Positions 27,301 to 42,300 of a stretch of DNA of 64,000 nucleotides are shown here, piece after piece. The notes below the pieces were generated by a model, which searched no databases, was not told the DNA's origin, and saw nothing but the letters and a program-made list of their open reading frames with translations. Every line of letters begins with the position of its first letter. Position 1 is the first letter of the stretch. Position numbers and translations under genes: made by a program. The stretch lies in NCBI GenBank assembly GCA_964016885.1, contig OZ024741.1, positions 13,578,001 through 13,642,000 of the forward strand, given 5' to 3'. The DNA comes from Eledone cirrhosa (taxonomy: Eukaryota).

Positions 27301-30300
27301 TAGAGAGCAATATGGTCATACTAGAGAACAAGTTAGAAGTGGTAGAGAGCAATATGGCCATACTAGAGAACAAGTTAGAGATGGTAGAGAGCAATATGGT
27401 CATGCTAGAGAACAAGTTAGAGATGGTAGAGAGCAATATAATCATACTAGAGAACAAGTTAGAGGTGGTAGTGAGCAATATGGTCATACTAGAGAACAAG
27501 TTAGAGGTGATAGAGAGAAATATGGTCATACTAGAGAACACGTTATAGATGGTAAAGAGCAATATGGTCATACTAGAGAACAAGTTAGAGGTGATAGAGC
27601 GCAATATGGTCATACTAGAGAACAAGTTAAAGGTGGTAGAGAGCAATATGGCCATACTAGAGAACAAGTTAGAGGTGATAGAGAGCAATATGGTCATACT
27701 AGAGAACAAGTTATAGATGGTAGAGAGCAATATGGTCATACTAGAGAACAAGTTAGAGATGGTAGAGAGCAAGATAGTTATACTAGAGAACAAGTTAGAG
27801 ATGGTAGAGAGCAATATGGTCATACCAGAGAACAAGTTAGAGATGGTAGAGAAAAATATGGCCATACTAGAGAACAAGTTATAGGTGATAGAGAGCAATA
27901 TGGCCATACCAGAGAACAAGTTAGAGGTGGTAGAGAGCAATATGGCCATACTAGAGAACAAGTTAGAGGTGATAGAGAGCAATATGGTCATACTAGAGAA
28001 CAAGTTAGAGGTGGTAGAGAGCAATATGGCCAAACTAGAGAACAAGTTAGAGGTGATAGAAAGCAATATGGTCATACTAGAGAACAAGTTATAGATGGTA
28101 GAGAGCAATATGGTCATACTAGAGAACAAGTTAGAGGTGGTAGAGAGCAATATGGTCATACTAGAGAACAAGTTAGAGATGGTAGAGAGCAATATAGTCA
28201 TACTAGAGAACAAGTTAGAGGTGGTAGTGAGCAATATGGTCATACTAGAGAACAAGTTAGAGATGGTAGAGAGCAATATGGTCATACTAGAGAACAAGTT
28301 AGAGGTGGTAGAGAGCAATATGGTCATACTAGAGAACAAGTTAGAGGTGGTAGAGAGCGATATGGCCATACTAGAGAACACGTTAGAGGTGATAGAGAGC
28401 AATATGGTCATACTAGAGAACAAGTTAGAGGTGGTAGAGAGCGAGATGGCCATGCTTAAAAGTTAGAGATGGTAGAGAGCAATATGGTCATACTAGAGAA
28501 CAAGTTAGAGGTGGTAGAGAGCAATATGGCCATACTAGAGAACAAGTTAGAGGTGGTAGAGAGCAATATGGTCATACTAGAGAACAAGTTAGAGGTGGTA
28601 GAGAGCAATATGGTCATACTAGAGGACAAGTTAGAGATGGTAGAGAGCAATATTGTCATACTAGAGAACAAGTTAGAAGTGGTAGAGAGCAATATGGCCA
28701 TACTAGAGAACAAGTTTTAGATGGTAGAGAGCAATATAATCATACTAGAGAACAAGTTAGAGGTGGTAGTGAGCAATATGGTCATACTAGGGAACAAGTT
28801 AGAGGTGATAGAGAGAAATATGGTCATACTAGAGAACACGTTATAGATGGTAGAGAGCAATATGGTCATACTAGAGAACAAGTTAGAGGTGATAGAGCGC
28901 AATATGGTCATACTAGAGAACAAGTTAGAGGTGGTAGAGAACAATATCGCCATACTAGAGAACAAGTTAGAGGTGGTAGAGAGCGATATGGCCATGCTAG
29001 AGAAGTTACAGATGGTAGAGAGCAATATGGTCATACTAGAGAACAAGTTAGAGGTGGTAGAGAGCAATATGGCCATACTAGAGAACAAGTTAGAGGTGGT
29101 AGAGAGCAATATGGTCATACTAGAGAACAAGTTAGAGGTGGTAGAGAGCAATATGGTCATACTAGAGGACAAGTTAGAGATGGGAGAGAGCAATATGGTC
29201 ATAATAGAGAAGAAGTTAGAGATGGTAGTGAGCAATATGGTCATACTAGAGAACAAGTTAGAAGTGGTAGAGAGCAATATGGCCATACTAGAGAACAAGT
29301 TAGAGATGGTAGAGAGCAATATGGTCATACTAGAGAACAAGTTAGAGATGGTAGAGAGCAATATAATCATACTAGAGAACAAGTTAGAGGTGGTAGTGAG
29401 CAATGTGGTCATACTAGAGAACAAGTTAGAGGTGATAGAGAGAAATATGGTCATACTAGAGAACACGTTATAGATGGTAGAGAGCAATATGGTCATACTA
29501 GAGAACAAGTTAGAGGTGATAGAGCGCAATATGGTCATACTAGAGAACAAGTTAAAGGTGGTAGAGAGCAATATGGCCATACTAGAGAACAAGTTAGAGG
29601 TGATAGAGAGCAATATGGTCATACTAGAAACAAGTTAGAGATGGTAGAGAGCAAGATAGTTATACTAGAGAACAAGTTAGAGATGGTAGAGAGCAATATG
29701 GTCATACCAGAGAACAAGTTAGAGATGGTAGAGAGAAATATGGCCATACTAGAGAACAAGTTATAGGTGATAGAGAGCAATATGGCCATACCAGAGAACA
29801 AGTTAGAGGTGGTAGAGAGCAATATGGCCATACTAGAGAACAAGTTAGAGGTGATAGAGAGCAATATGGTCATACTAGAGAACAAGTTAGAGGTGGTAGA
29901 GAGCAATATGGACATACTAGAGAACAAGTTAGAGGTGATAGAGAGCAATATGGTCATATTAGAGAACAAGTTATAGATGGTAGAGAGCAATATGGTCATA
30001 CTAGAGAACAAGTTAGAGGTGGTAGAGAGCAATATGGTCATACTATACAACAAGTTAGAGATGGTAGAGAGCAATATAGTCATACTAGAGAACAAGTTAG
30101 AGGTGGTAGTGAGCAATATGGTCATACTAGAGAACAAGTTAGAGATGGTAGAGAGCAATATGGTCATACTAGAGAACAAGTTAGAGGTGGTAGAGAGCAA
30201 TATGGTCATACTAGAGAACAAGTTAGAGGTGGTAGAGAGCGATATGGTCATACTAGAGAACAAGTTAGAGGTGGTAGAGAGCGATATGGCCATACTAGAG

Positions 30301-33300
30301 AACACGTTAGAGGTGATAGAGAGCAATATGGTCATACTAGAGAACAAGTTAGAGGTGGTAGAGAGCGATATGGCCATGCTAGAGAAGTTACAGATGGTAG
30401 AGAGCAATATGGTCATACTAGAGAACAAGTTAGAGGTGGTAGAGAGCAATATGGCCATACTAGAGAACAAGTTAGAGGTGGTAGAGAGCAATATGGTCAT
30501 ACTAGAGAACAAGTTAGAGGTGGTAGAGAGCAATATGGTCATACTAGAGGACAAGTTAGAGATGGGAGAGAGCAATATGGTCATAATAGAGAAGAAGTTA
30601 GAGATGGTAGAGAGCAATATGGTCATACTAGAAAACAAGTTAGAAGTGGGAGAGAGCAATATGGCCATACTAGAGAACAAGTTAGAGATGGTAGAGAGCA
30701 ATATAATCATACTAGAGAACAAGTTAGAGGTGGTAGTGAGCAATATGGTCATACTAGAGAACAAGTTAGAGGTGATAGAGAGAAATATGGTCATACTAGA
30801 GAACACGTTATAGATGGTAGAGAGCAATATGGTCATACTAGAGAACAAGTTAGAGGTGATAGAGCGCAATATGGTCATACTAGAGAACAAGTTAAAGGTG
30901 GTAGAGAGCAATATGGCCATACTAGAGAACAAGTTAGAGGTGATAGAGAGCAATATGGTCATACTAGAGAACAAGTTATAGATGGTAGAGAGCAATATGG
31001 TCATACTAGAGAACAAGTTAGAGATGGTAGAGAGCAAGATAGTTATACTAGAGAACATGTTAGAGATGGTAGAGAGCAATATGGTCATACCAGAGAACAA
31101 GTTAGAGATGGTAGAGAGAAATATGGTCATACTAGAGAACAAGTTAGAGGTGGTAGAGAGCAATATGGCCATACTAGAGAACAAGTTAGAGGTGGTAGAG
31201 AGCAATATGGCCATACTAGAGAACAAGTTAGATATGGTAGAGAGCAATATGGTCATACTAGAGAACAAGTTAGAGGTGGTAGAGAGAAATATGGTCATAC
31301 TAGAGAACAAGTTAGAGGTGGTAGAGAGCAATAATGTCATCCTAGAGAACAAGTTAGAGGTGGTAGAGAACAATATCGCCATACTAGAGAACAAGTTAGA
31401 GGTGGTAGAGAGCAATATGGCCATACTAGAGAACACGTTAGAGGTGATAGAGAGCAATATGGTCATACTAGAGAACAAGTTAGAGATGGAAGAGAGCAAT
31501 ATAGAACAAGTTAGAGATGGTAGAGTGCAATATAGAACAAGTTAGAGGTGGTAGAGAGCAATATGGTTATACTAGAGAACAAGTTAGAGATGGTAGAGAG
31601 CAATATGGTCATACTAGAGAACACGTTAGAGGTGATAGAGAGCAATATGGTCATACTAGAGAACAAGTTAGAGGTGGTAGAGAGCAATATGGCCATACTA
31701 GAGAACAAGTTAGAGGTGGTAGAGAGCAATATGGTCATACTAGAGGACAAGTTAGAGATGGGAGAGAGCAATATGGTCATAATAGAGAAGAAGTTAGAGA
31801 TGGTAGAGAGCAATATGGTCATACTAGAAAACAAGTTAGAAGTGGGAGAGAGCAATATGGCCATACTAGAGAACAAGTTAGAGATGGTAGAGAGCAATAT
31901 AATCATACTAGAGAACAAGTTAGAGGTGGTAGTGAGCAATATGGTCATACTAGAGAACAAGTTAGAGGTGATAGAGAGAAATATGGTTATACTAGAGAAC
32001 ACGTTATAGATGGTAGAGAGCAATATGGTCATACTAGAGAACAAGTTAGAGGTGATAGAGCGCAATATGGTCATACTAGAGAACAAGTTAAAGGTGGTAG
32101 AGAGCAATATGGCCATACTAGAGAACAAGTTAGAGGTGATAGAGAGCAATATGGTCATACTAGAGAACAAGTTATAGATGGTAGAGAGCAATATGGTCAT
32201 ACTAGAGAACAAGTTAGAGATGGTAGAGAGCAAGATAGTTATACTAGAGAACATGTTAGAGATGGTAGAGAGCAATATGGTCATACCAGAGAACAAGTTA
32301 GAGATGGTAGAGAGAAATATGGTCATACTAGAGAACAAGTTAGAGGTGGTAGAGAGCAATATGGCCATACTAGAGAACAAGTTAGAGGTGGTAGAGAGCA
32401 ATATGGCCATACTAGAGAACAAGTTAGAGATGGTAGAGAGCAATATGGTCATACTAGAGAACACGTTAGAGGTGATAGAGAGCAATATGGTCATACTAGA
32501 GAACAAGTTAGAGGTGGTAGAGAGCGATATGGCCATGCTAGAGAAGTTAGAGATGGTAGAGAGCAATATGGTCATACTAGAGAACAAGTTAGAGGTGGTA
32601 GAGAGCAATATGGCCATACTAGAGAACAAGTTAGAGGTGGTAGAGAGCAATATGGTCATACTAGAGAACAAGTTAGAGGTGGTAGAGAGCAATATGGTCA
32701 TACTAGAGAACAAGTTAGAAGTGGTAGAGAGCAATATGGCCATACTAGAGAACAAGTTAGAGATGGTAGAGAGCAATATGGTCATACTAGAGAACAAGTT
32801 AGAGATGGTAGAGAGCAATATAATCATACTAGAGAACAAGTTAGAGGTGGTAGTGAGCAATATGGTCATACTAGAGAACAAGTTAGAGGTGATAGAGAGA
32901 AATATGGTCATACTAGAGAACACGTTATAGATGGTAGAGAGCAATATGGTCATACTAGAGAACAAGTTAGAGGTGATAGAGCGCAATATGGTCATACTAG
33001 AGAACAAGTTAAAGGTGGTAGAGAGCAATATGGCCATACTAGAGAACAAGTTAGAGGTGATAGAGAGCAATATGGTCATACTAGAGAACAAGTTATAGAT
33101 GGTAGAGAGCAATATGGTCATACTAGAGAACAAGTTAGAGATGGTAGAGAGCAAGATAGTTATACTAGAGAACAAGTTAGAGATGGTAGAGAGCAATATG
33201 GTCATACCAGAGAACAAGTTAGAGATGGTAGAGAAAAATATGGCCATACTAGAGAACAAGTTATAGGTGATAGAGAGCAATATGGCCATACCAGAGAACA

Positions 33301-36300
33301 AGTTAGAGGTGGTAGAGAGCAATATGGCCATACTAGAGAAGAAGTTAGAGGTGATAGAGAGCAATATGGTCATACTAGAGAACAAGTTAGAGGTGGTAGA
33401 GAGCAATATGGCCAAACTAGAGAACAAGTTAGAGGTGATAGAGAGCAATATGGTCATACTAGAGAACAAGTTATAGATGGTAGAGAGCAATATGGTCATA
33501 CTAGAGAACAAGTTAGAGGTGGTAGAGAGCAATATGGTCATACTAGAGAACAAGTTAGAGATGGTAGAGAGCAATATAGTCATACTAGAGAACAAGTTAG
33601 AGGTGGTAGTGAGCAATATGGTCATACTAGAGAACAAGTTAGAGATGGTAGAGAGCAATATGGTCATACTAGAGAACAAGTTAGAGGTGGTAGAGAGCAA
33701 TATGGTCATACTAGAGAACAAGTTAGAGGTGGTAGAGAGCGATATGGCCATACTAGAGAACACGTTAGAGGTGATAGAGAGCAATATGGTCATACTAGAG
33801 AACAAGTTAGAGGTGGTAGAGAGCGAGATGGCCATGCTTAAAAGTTAGAGATGGTAGAGAGCAATATGGTCATACTAGAGAACAAGTTAGAGGTGGTAGA
33901 GAGCAATATGGCCATACTAGAGAACAAGTTAGAGGTGGTAGAGAGCAATATGGTCATACTAGAGAACAAGTTAGAGGTGGTAGAGAGCAATATGGTCATA
34001 CTAGAGGACAAGTTAGAGATGGTAGAGAGCAATATTGTCATACTAGAGAACAAGTTAGAAGTGGTAGAGAGCAATATGGCCATACTAGAGAACAAGTTTT
34101 AGATGGTAGAGAGCAATATAATCATACTAGAGAACAAGTTAGAGGTGGTAGTGAGCAATATGGTCATACTAGGGAACAAGTTAGAGGTGATAGAGAGAAA
34201 TATGGTCATACTAGAGAACACGTTATAGATGGTAGAGAGCAATATAATCATACTAGAGAACAAGTTAGAGGTGATAGAGCGCAATATGGTCATACTAGAG
34301 AACAAGTTAGAGGTGGTAGAGAACAATATCGCCATACTAGAGAACAAGTTAGAGGTGGTAGAGAGCGATATGGCCATTCTAGAGAAGTTACAGATGGTAG
34401 AGAGCAATATGGTCATACTAGAGAACAAGTTAGAAGTGGTAGAGAGCAATATGGCCATACTAGAGAACAAGTTAGAGATGGTAGAGAGCAATATGGTCAT
34501 ACTAGAGAACAAGTTAGAGATGGTAGAGAGCAATATAATCATACTAGAGAACAAGTTAGAGGTGGTAGTGAGCAATGTGGTCATACTAGAGAACAAGTTA
34601 GAGGTGATAGAGAGAAATATGGTCATACTAGAGAACACGTTATAGATGGTAGAGAGCAATATGGTCATACTAGAGAACAAGTTAGAGGTGATAGAGCGCA
34701 ATATGGTCATACTAGAGAACAAGTTAAAGGTGATAGAGAGCAATATGGTCATACTAGAAACAAGTTAGAGATGGTAGAGAGCAAGATAGTTATACTAGAG
34801 AACAAGTTAGAGATGGTAGAGAGCAATATGGTCATACCAGAGAACAAGTTAGAGATGGTAGAGAGAAATATGGCCATACTAGAGAACAAGTTATAGGTGA
34901 TAGAGAGCAATATGGCCATACCAGAGAACAAGTTAGAGGTGGTAGAGAGCAATATGGCCATACTAGAGAACAAGTTAGAGGTGATAGAGAGCAATATGGT
35001 CATACTAGAGAACAAGTTAGAGGTGGTAGAGAGCAATATGGACATACTAGAGAACAAGTTAGAGGTGATAGAGAGCAATATGGTCATACTAGAGAACAAG
35101 TTATAGATGGTAGAGAGCAATATGGTCATACTAGAGAACAAGTTAGAGGTGGTAGAGAGCAATATGGTCATACTTTACAACAAGTTAGAGATGGTAGAGA
35201 GCAATATAGTCATACTAGAGAACAAGTTAGAGGTGGTAGTGAGCAATATGGTCATACTAGAGAACAAGTTAGAGATGGTAGAGAGCAATATGGTCATACT
35301 AGAGAACAAGTTAGAGGTGGTAGAGAGCAATATGGTCATACTAGAGAACAAGTTAGAGGTGGTAGAGAGCGATATGGTCATACTAGAGAACAAGTTAGAG
35401 GTGGTAGAGAGCGATATGGCCATACTAGAGAACACGTTAGAGGTGATAGAGAGCAATATGGTCATACTAGAGAACAAGTTAGAGGTGGTAGAGAGCGATA
35501 TGGCCATGCTAGAGAAGTTACAGATGGTAGAGAGCAATATGGTCATACTAGAGAACAAGTTAGAGGTGGTAGAGAGCAATATGGCCATACTAGAGAACAA
35601 GTTAGAGGTGGTAGAGAGCAATATGGTCATACTAGAGAACAAGTTAGAGGTGGTAGAGAGCAATATGGTCATACTAGAGGACAAGTTAGAGATGGGAGAG
35701 AGCAATATGGTCATAATAGAGAAGAAGTTAGAGATGGTAGAGAGCAATATGGTCATACTAGAAAACAAGTTAGAAGTGGGAGAGAGCAATATGGCCATAC
35801 TAGAGAACAAGTTAGAGATGGTAGAGAGCAATATAATCATACTAGAGAACAAGTTAGAGGTGGTAGTGAGCAATATGGTCATACTAGAGAACAAGTTAGA
35901 GGTGATAGAGAGAAATATGGTCATACTAGAGAACACGTTATAGATGGTAGAGAGCAATATGGTCATACTAGAGAACAAGTTAGAGGTGATAGAGCGCAAT
36001 ATGGTCATACTAGAGAACAAGTTAAAGGTGGTAGAGAGCAATATGGCCATACTAGAGAACAAGTTAGAGGTGATAGAGAGCAATATGGTCATACTAGAGA
36101 ACAAGTTATAGATGGTAGAGAGCAATATGGTCATACTAGAGAACAAGTTAGAGATGGTAGAGAGCAATATGGTCATACCAGAGAACAAGTTAGAGATGGT
36201 AGAGAGAAATATGGTCATACTAGAGAACAAGTTAGAGGTGGTAGAGAGCAATATGGCCATACTAGAGAACAAGTTAGAGGTGGTAGAGAGCAATATGGCC

Positions 36301-39300
36301 ATACTAGAGAACAAGTTAGAGATGGTAGAGAGCAATATGGTCATACTAGAGAACAAGTTAGAGGTGGTAGAGAGAAATATGGTCATACTAGAGAACAAGT
36401 TAGAGGTGGTAGAGAGCAATAATGTCATCCTAGAGAACAAGTTAGAGGTGGTAGAGAACAATATCGCCATACTAGAGAACAAGTTAGAGGTGGTAGAGAG
36501 CAATATGGCCATACTAGAGAACACGTTAGAGGTGATAGAGAGCAATATGGTCATACTAGAGAACAAGTTAGAGATGGAAGAGAGCAATATAGAACAAGTT
36601 AGAGATGGTAGAGTGCAATATAGAACAAGTTAGAGGTGGTAGAGAGCAATATGGTTATACTAGAGAACAAGTTAGAGATGGTAGAGAGCAATATGGTCAT
36701 ACTAGAGAACAAGTTAGGGATGGTAGAGAGCAATATGGTCATACTAGAGAAGAAGTTAGAGGTGATAGAGAGCAATATGGTCATACTAGAGAACAAGTTA
36801 GAGATGGTAGAGAGCAATATGGTCATACTAGAGAATAAGATAGAGATGGTAGAGAGCAATATGGTCATACTAGAGAACAAGTTAGAGGTGGTAGAGAGCA
36901 ATATGGCCATACTAGAGAACAGGTTAGAGGTGGTAGAGAACAATATGGCCATACTAGAGAACAGGTTAGAGGTGGTAGAGAGCAATATGGTCATACTAGA
37001 GAACAAATTAGAGGTGGTTGAGCAATATGGTCATACTAGAGAACAAGTTAGAGGTGGTAGAGAGCAATATGGTCATACTAGAGAACAAGTTAGAGATGGT
37101 AGAGAGCAATATAGTCATACTAGAGAACAAGATAGAGGTGGTAGTGAGCAATATGGTCATACTAGAGAACAAGTTAGAGGTGGTAGAGAGCTATATAGCC
37201 ATACTAGAGAACAAGTTAGAGGTGGTAGAGAGCAATATGGTCATACTAGAGAACAGGTTAGAGATGGTAGAGAGCAATATGGTCATACTAGAGAACAAGT
37301 TAGAGGTGGAAGAGAGCAATATGCACATACTAGAGAACAAGTTAGAGATGGTAGAGAGCAATATGGCCATACTAGAGAACAAGTTAGGGGTGGTAGAGAG
37401 AAATATGGCCATACTAGAGAACAAGTTAGAGATGGTAGAGAGCAATATGGTCATACTAGAGAACAAGTTAGAGATGGTAGAGAGCAATATGGTCATACTA
37501 GAGAACAAGTTAGAGGTGATAGAGAGCAATATGGCCATACTAGAGAACAAGTTAGAGGTGGTAGAGAGAAATATGGCCATACTAGAGAACAAGTTAGAGA
37601 TGGTAGAGAGTAATATGGTCATTCTAGAGAACAAGTTAGAAGTGGTAGAGAGCAATATGGCCATACTAGAGAACAAGTTAGAGATGGTAGAGAGCAATAT
37701 GGTCATATTAGAGAACAAGTTAGAGATGGTAGAGAGCATTATGGTCATACTAGAGAATAAGTTAGAGGTGGTAGAGAGCAATATGGTCATACTAGGGAAC
37801 AAGTTAGAGGTGATAGAGAGCAATATGGTCATACTAGAGAACAAGTTAGAGATGGTAGAGAGCAATATGGTCATACTAGAGAACAAGTTAGAGGTGGTAG
37901 AGAGCAATATGGTCATACTAGAGAACAAGTTAGAGGTGGTAGAGAGCAATATGGTCATCCTAGAGAACAAGTTAGAGGTGGTAGAGAACAATATCGCCAT
38001 ACTAGAGAACAAGTTAGAGGTGGTAGAGAGCAATATGGCCATACTAGAGAACACGTTAGAGGTGATAGAGAGCAATATGGTCATACTAGAGAACAAGTTA
38101 GAGGTGGTAGAGAGCGATATGGCCATGCTAGAGAAGTTAGAGATGGTAGAGAGCAATATGGTCATACTAGAGAACAAGTTAGAGGTGGTAGAGAGAAATA
38201 TGGCCATACTAGAGAACAAGTTAGAGGTGGTAGAGAGCAATATGGTCATACTAGAGAACAAGTTAGAGGTGGTAGAGAGCAATATGGTCATACTAGAGAA
38301 CAAGTTAGAAGTGGTAGAGAGCAATATGGCCATACTAGAGAACAAGTTAGAGGTGGTAGAGAGCAATATGGTCATACTAGAGAACAGGTTAGAGATGGTA
38401 GAGAGCAATATGGTCATACTAGAGAACAAGTTAGAGGTGGAAGAGAGCAATATGCACATACTAGAGAACAAGTTAGAGATGGTAGAGAGCAATATGGCCA
38501 TACTAGAGAACAAGTTAGGGGTGGTAGAGAGAAATATGGCCATACTAGAGAACAAGTTAGAGATGGTAGAGAGCAATATGGTCATACTAGAGAACAAGTT
38601 AGAGATGGTAGAGAGCAATATGGTCATACTAGAGAACAAGTTAGAGGTGATAGAGAGCAATATGGCCATACTAGAGAACAAGTTAGAGGTGGTAGAGAGA
38701 AATATGGCCATACTAGAGAACAAGTTAGAGATGGTAGAGAGTAATATGGTCATTCTAGAGAACAAGTTAGAAGTGGTAGAGAGCAATATGGCCATACTAG
38801 AGAACAAGTTAGAGATGGTAGAGAGCAATATGGTCATATTAGAGAACAAGTTAGAGATGGTAGAGAGCATTATGGTCATACTAGAGAATAAGTTAGAGGT
38901 GGTAGAGAGCAATATGGTCATACTAGGGAACAAGTTAGAGGTGATAGAGAGCAATATGGTCATACTAGAGAACAAGTTAGAGATGGTAGAGAGCAATATG
39001 GTCATACTAGAGAACAAGTTAGAGGTGGTAGAGAGCAATATGGTCATACTAGAGAACAAGTTAGAGGTGGTAGAGAGCAATATGGTCATCCTAGAGAACA
39101 AGTTAGAGGTGGTAGAGAACAATATCGCCATACTAGAGAACAAGTTAGAGGTGGTAGAGAGCAATATGGCCATACTAGAGAACACGTTAGAGGTGATAGA
39201 GAGCAATATGGTCATACTAGAGAACAAGTTAGAGGTGGTAGAGAGCGATATGGCCATGCTAGAGAAGTTAGAGATGGTAGAGAGCAATATGGTCATACTA

Positions 39301-42300
39301 GAGAACAAGTTAGAGGTGGTAGAGAGAAATATGGCCATACTAGAGAACAAGTTAGAGGTGGTAGAGAGCAATATGGTCATACTAGAGAACAAGTTAGAGG
39401 TGGTAGAGAGCAATATGGTCATACTAGAGAACAAGTTAGAAGTGGTAGAGAGCAATATGGCCATACTAGAGAACAAGTTAGAGATGGTAGAGAGCAATAT
39501 GGTCATACTAGAGAACAAGTTAGAGATGGTAGAGAGCAATATAATCATACTAGAGAACAAGTTAGAGGTGGTAGTGAGCAATATGGTCATACTAGAGAAC
39601 AAGTTAGAGGTGATAGAGAGCAATATGGTCATACTAGAGAACAAGTTATAGATGGTAGAGAGCAATATGGTCATACTAGAGAACAAGTTAGAGATGGTAG
39701 AGAGCAAGATAGTTATACTAGAGAACAAGTTAGAGATGGTAGAGAGCAATATGGTCATACCAGAGAACAAGTTAGAGATGGTAGAGAAAAATATGGCCAT
39801 ACTAGAGAACAAGTTATAGGTGATAGAGAGCAATATGGCCATACCAGAGAACAAGTTAGAGGTGGTAGAGAGCAATATGGCCATACTAGAGAACAAGTTA
39901 GAGGTGATAGAGAGCAATATGGTCATACTAGAGAACAAGTTAGAGGTGGTAGAGAGCAATATGGCCATACTAGAGAACAAGTTAGAGGTGATAGAGAGCA
40001 ATATGGTCATACTAGAGAACAAGTTATAGATGGTAGAGAGCAATATGGTCATACTAGAGAACAAGTTAGAGGTGGTAGAGAGCAATATGGTCATACTAGA
40101 GAACAAGTTAGAGATGGTAGAGAGCAATATAGTCATACTAGAGAACAAGTTAGAGGTGGTAGTGAGCAATATGGTCATACTAGAGAACAAGTTAGAGATG
40201 GTAGAGAGCAATATGGTCATACTAGAGAACAAGTTAGAGGTGGTAGAGAGCAATATGGTCATACTAGAGAACAAGTTAGAGGTGGTAGAGAGCGATATGG
40301 CCATACTAGAGAACACGTTAGAGGTGATAGAGAGCAATATGGTCATACTAGAGAACAAGTTAGAGGTGGTAGAGAGCGATATGGCCATGCTAGAAAGTTA
40401 GAGATGGTAGAGAGCAATATGGTCATACTAGAGAACAAGTTAGAGGTGGTAGAGAGCAATATGGCCATACTAGAGAACAAGTTAGAGGTGGTAGAGAGCA
40501 ATATGGTCATACTAGAGAACAAGTTAGAGGTGGTAGAGAGCAATATGGTCATACTAGAGGACAAGTTAGAGATGGTAGAGAGCAATATTGTCATACTAGA
40601 GAACAAGTTAGAAGTGGTAGAGAGCAATATGGCCATACTAGAGAACAAGTTAGAGATGGTAGAGAGCAATATAATCATACTAGAGAACAAGTTAGAGGTG
40701 GTAGTGAGCAATATGGTCATACTAGGGAACAAGTTAGAGGTGATAGAGAGAAATATGGTCATACTAGAGAACAAGTTAGAGGTGATAGAGCGCAATATGG
40801 TCATACTAGAGAACAAGTTACAGGTGGTAGAGAACAATATCGCCATACTAGAGAACAAGTTAGAGGTGGTAGAGAGCGATATGGCCATGCTAGAGAAGTT
40901 ACAGATGGTAGAGAGCAATATGGTCATACTAGAGAACAAGTTAGAGGTGGTAGAGAGCAATATGGCCATACTAGAGAACAAGTTAGAGGTGATAGAGAGC
41001 AATATGGTCATACTAGAGAACAAGTTAGAGGTGGTAGAGAGCAATATGGTCATACTAGAGGACAAGTTAGAGATGGGAGAGAGCAATATGGTCATAATAG
41101 AGAAGAAGTTAGACATGGTAGTGAGCAATATGGTCATACTAGAGAACAAGTTAGAAGTGGTAGAGAGCAATATGGCCATACTAGAGAACAAGTTTGAGAT
41201 GGTAGAGAGCAATATGGTCATACTAGAGAACAAGTTAGAGATGGTAGAGAGCAATATAATCATACTAGAGAACAAGTTAGAGGTGGTAGTGAGCAATATG
41301 GTCATACTAGAGAACAAGTTCGAGGTGATAGAGAGAAATATGGTCATACTAGAGAACACGTTATAGATGGTAGAGAGCAATATGGTCATACTAGAGAACA
41401 AGTTAGAGGTGATAGAGCGCAATATGGTCATACTAGAGAACAAGTTAAAGGTGGTAGAGAGCAATATGGCCATACTAGAGAACAAGTTAGAGGTGATAGA
41501 GAGCAATATGGTCATACTAGAGAACAAGTTATAGATGGTAGAGAGCAATATGGTCATACTAGAGAACAAGTTAGAGATGGTAGAGAGCAAGAAAGTTATA
41601 CTAGAGAACAAGTTAGAGATGGTAGAGAGCAATATGGTCATACCAGAGAACAAGTTAGAGATGGTAGAGAGAAATATGGCCATACTAGAGAACAAGTTAT
41701 AGGTGATAGAGAGCAATATGGCCATACCAGAGAACAAGTTAGAGGTGGTAGAGAGCAATATGGCCATACTAGAGAACAAGTTAGAGGTGATAGAGAGCAA
41801 TATGGTCATACTAGAGAACAAGTTAGAGGTGGTAGAGAGCAATATGGACATACTAGAGAACAAGTTAGAGGTGATAGAGAGCAATATGGTCATACTAGAG
41901 AACAAGTTATAGATGGTAGAGAGCAATATGGTCATACTAGAGAACAAGTTAGAGGTGGTAGAGAGCAATATGGTCATACTAGACAACAAGTTAGAGATGG
42001 TAGAGAGCAATATAGTCATACTAGAGAACAAGTTAGAGGTGGTAGTGAGCAATATGGTCATACTAGAGAACAAGTTAGAGATGGTAGAGAGCAATATGGT
42101 CATACTAGAGAACAAGTTAGAGGTGGTAGAGAGCAATATGGTCATACTAGAGAACAAGTTAGAGGTGGTAGAGAGCGATATGGCCATACTAGAGAACACG
42201 TTAGAGGTGATAGAGAGCAATATGGTCATACTAGAGAACAAGTTAGAGGTGGTAGAGAGCGATATGGCCATGCTAGAGAAGTTAGAGATGGTAGAGAGCA

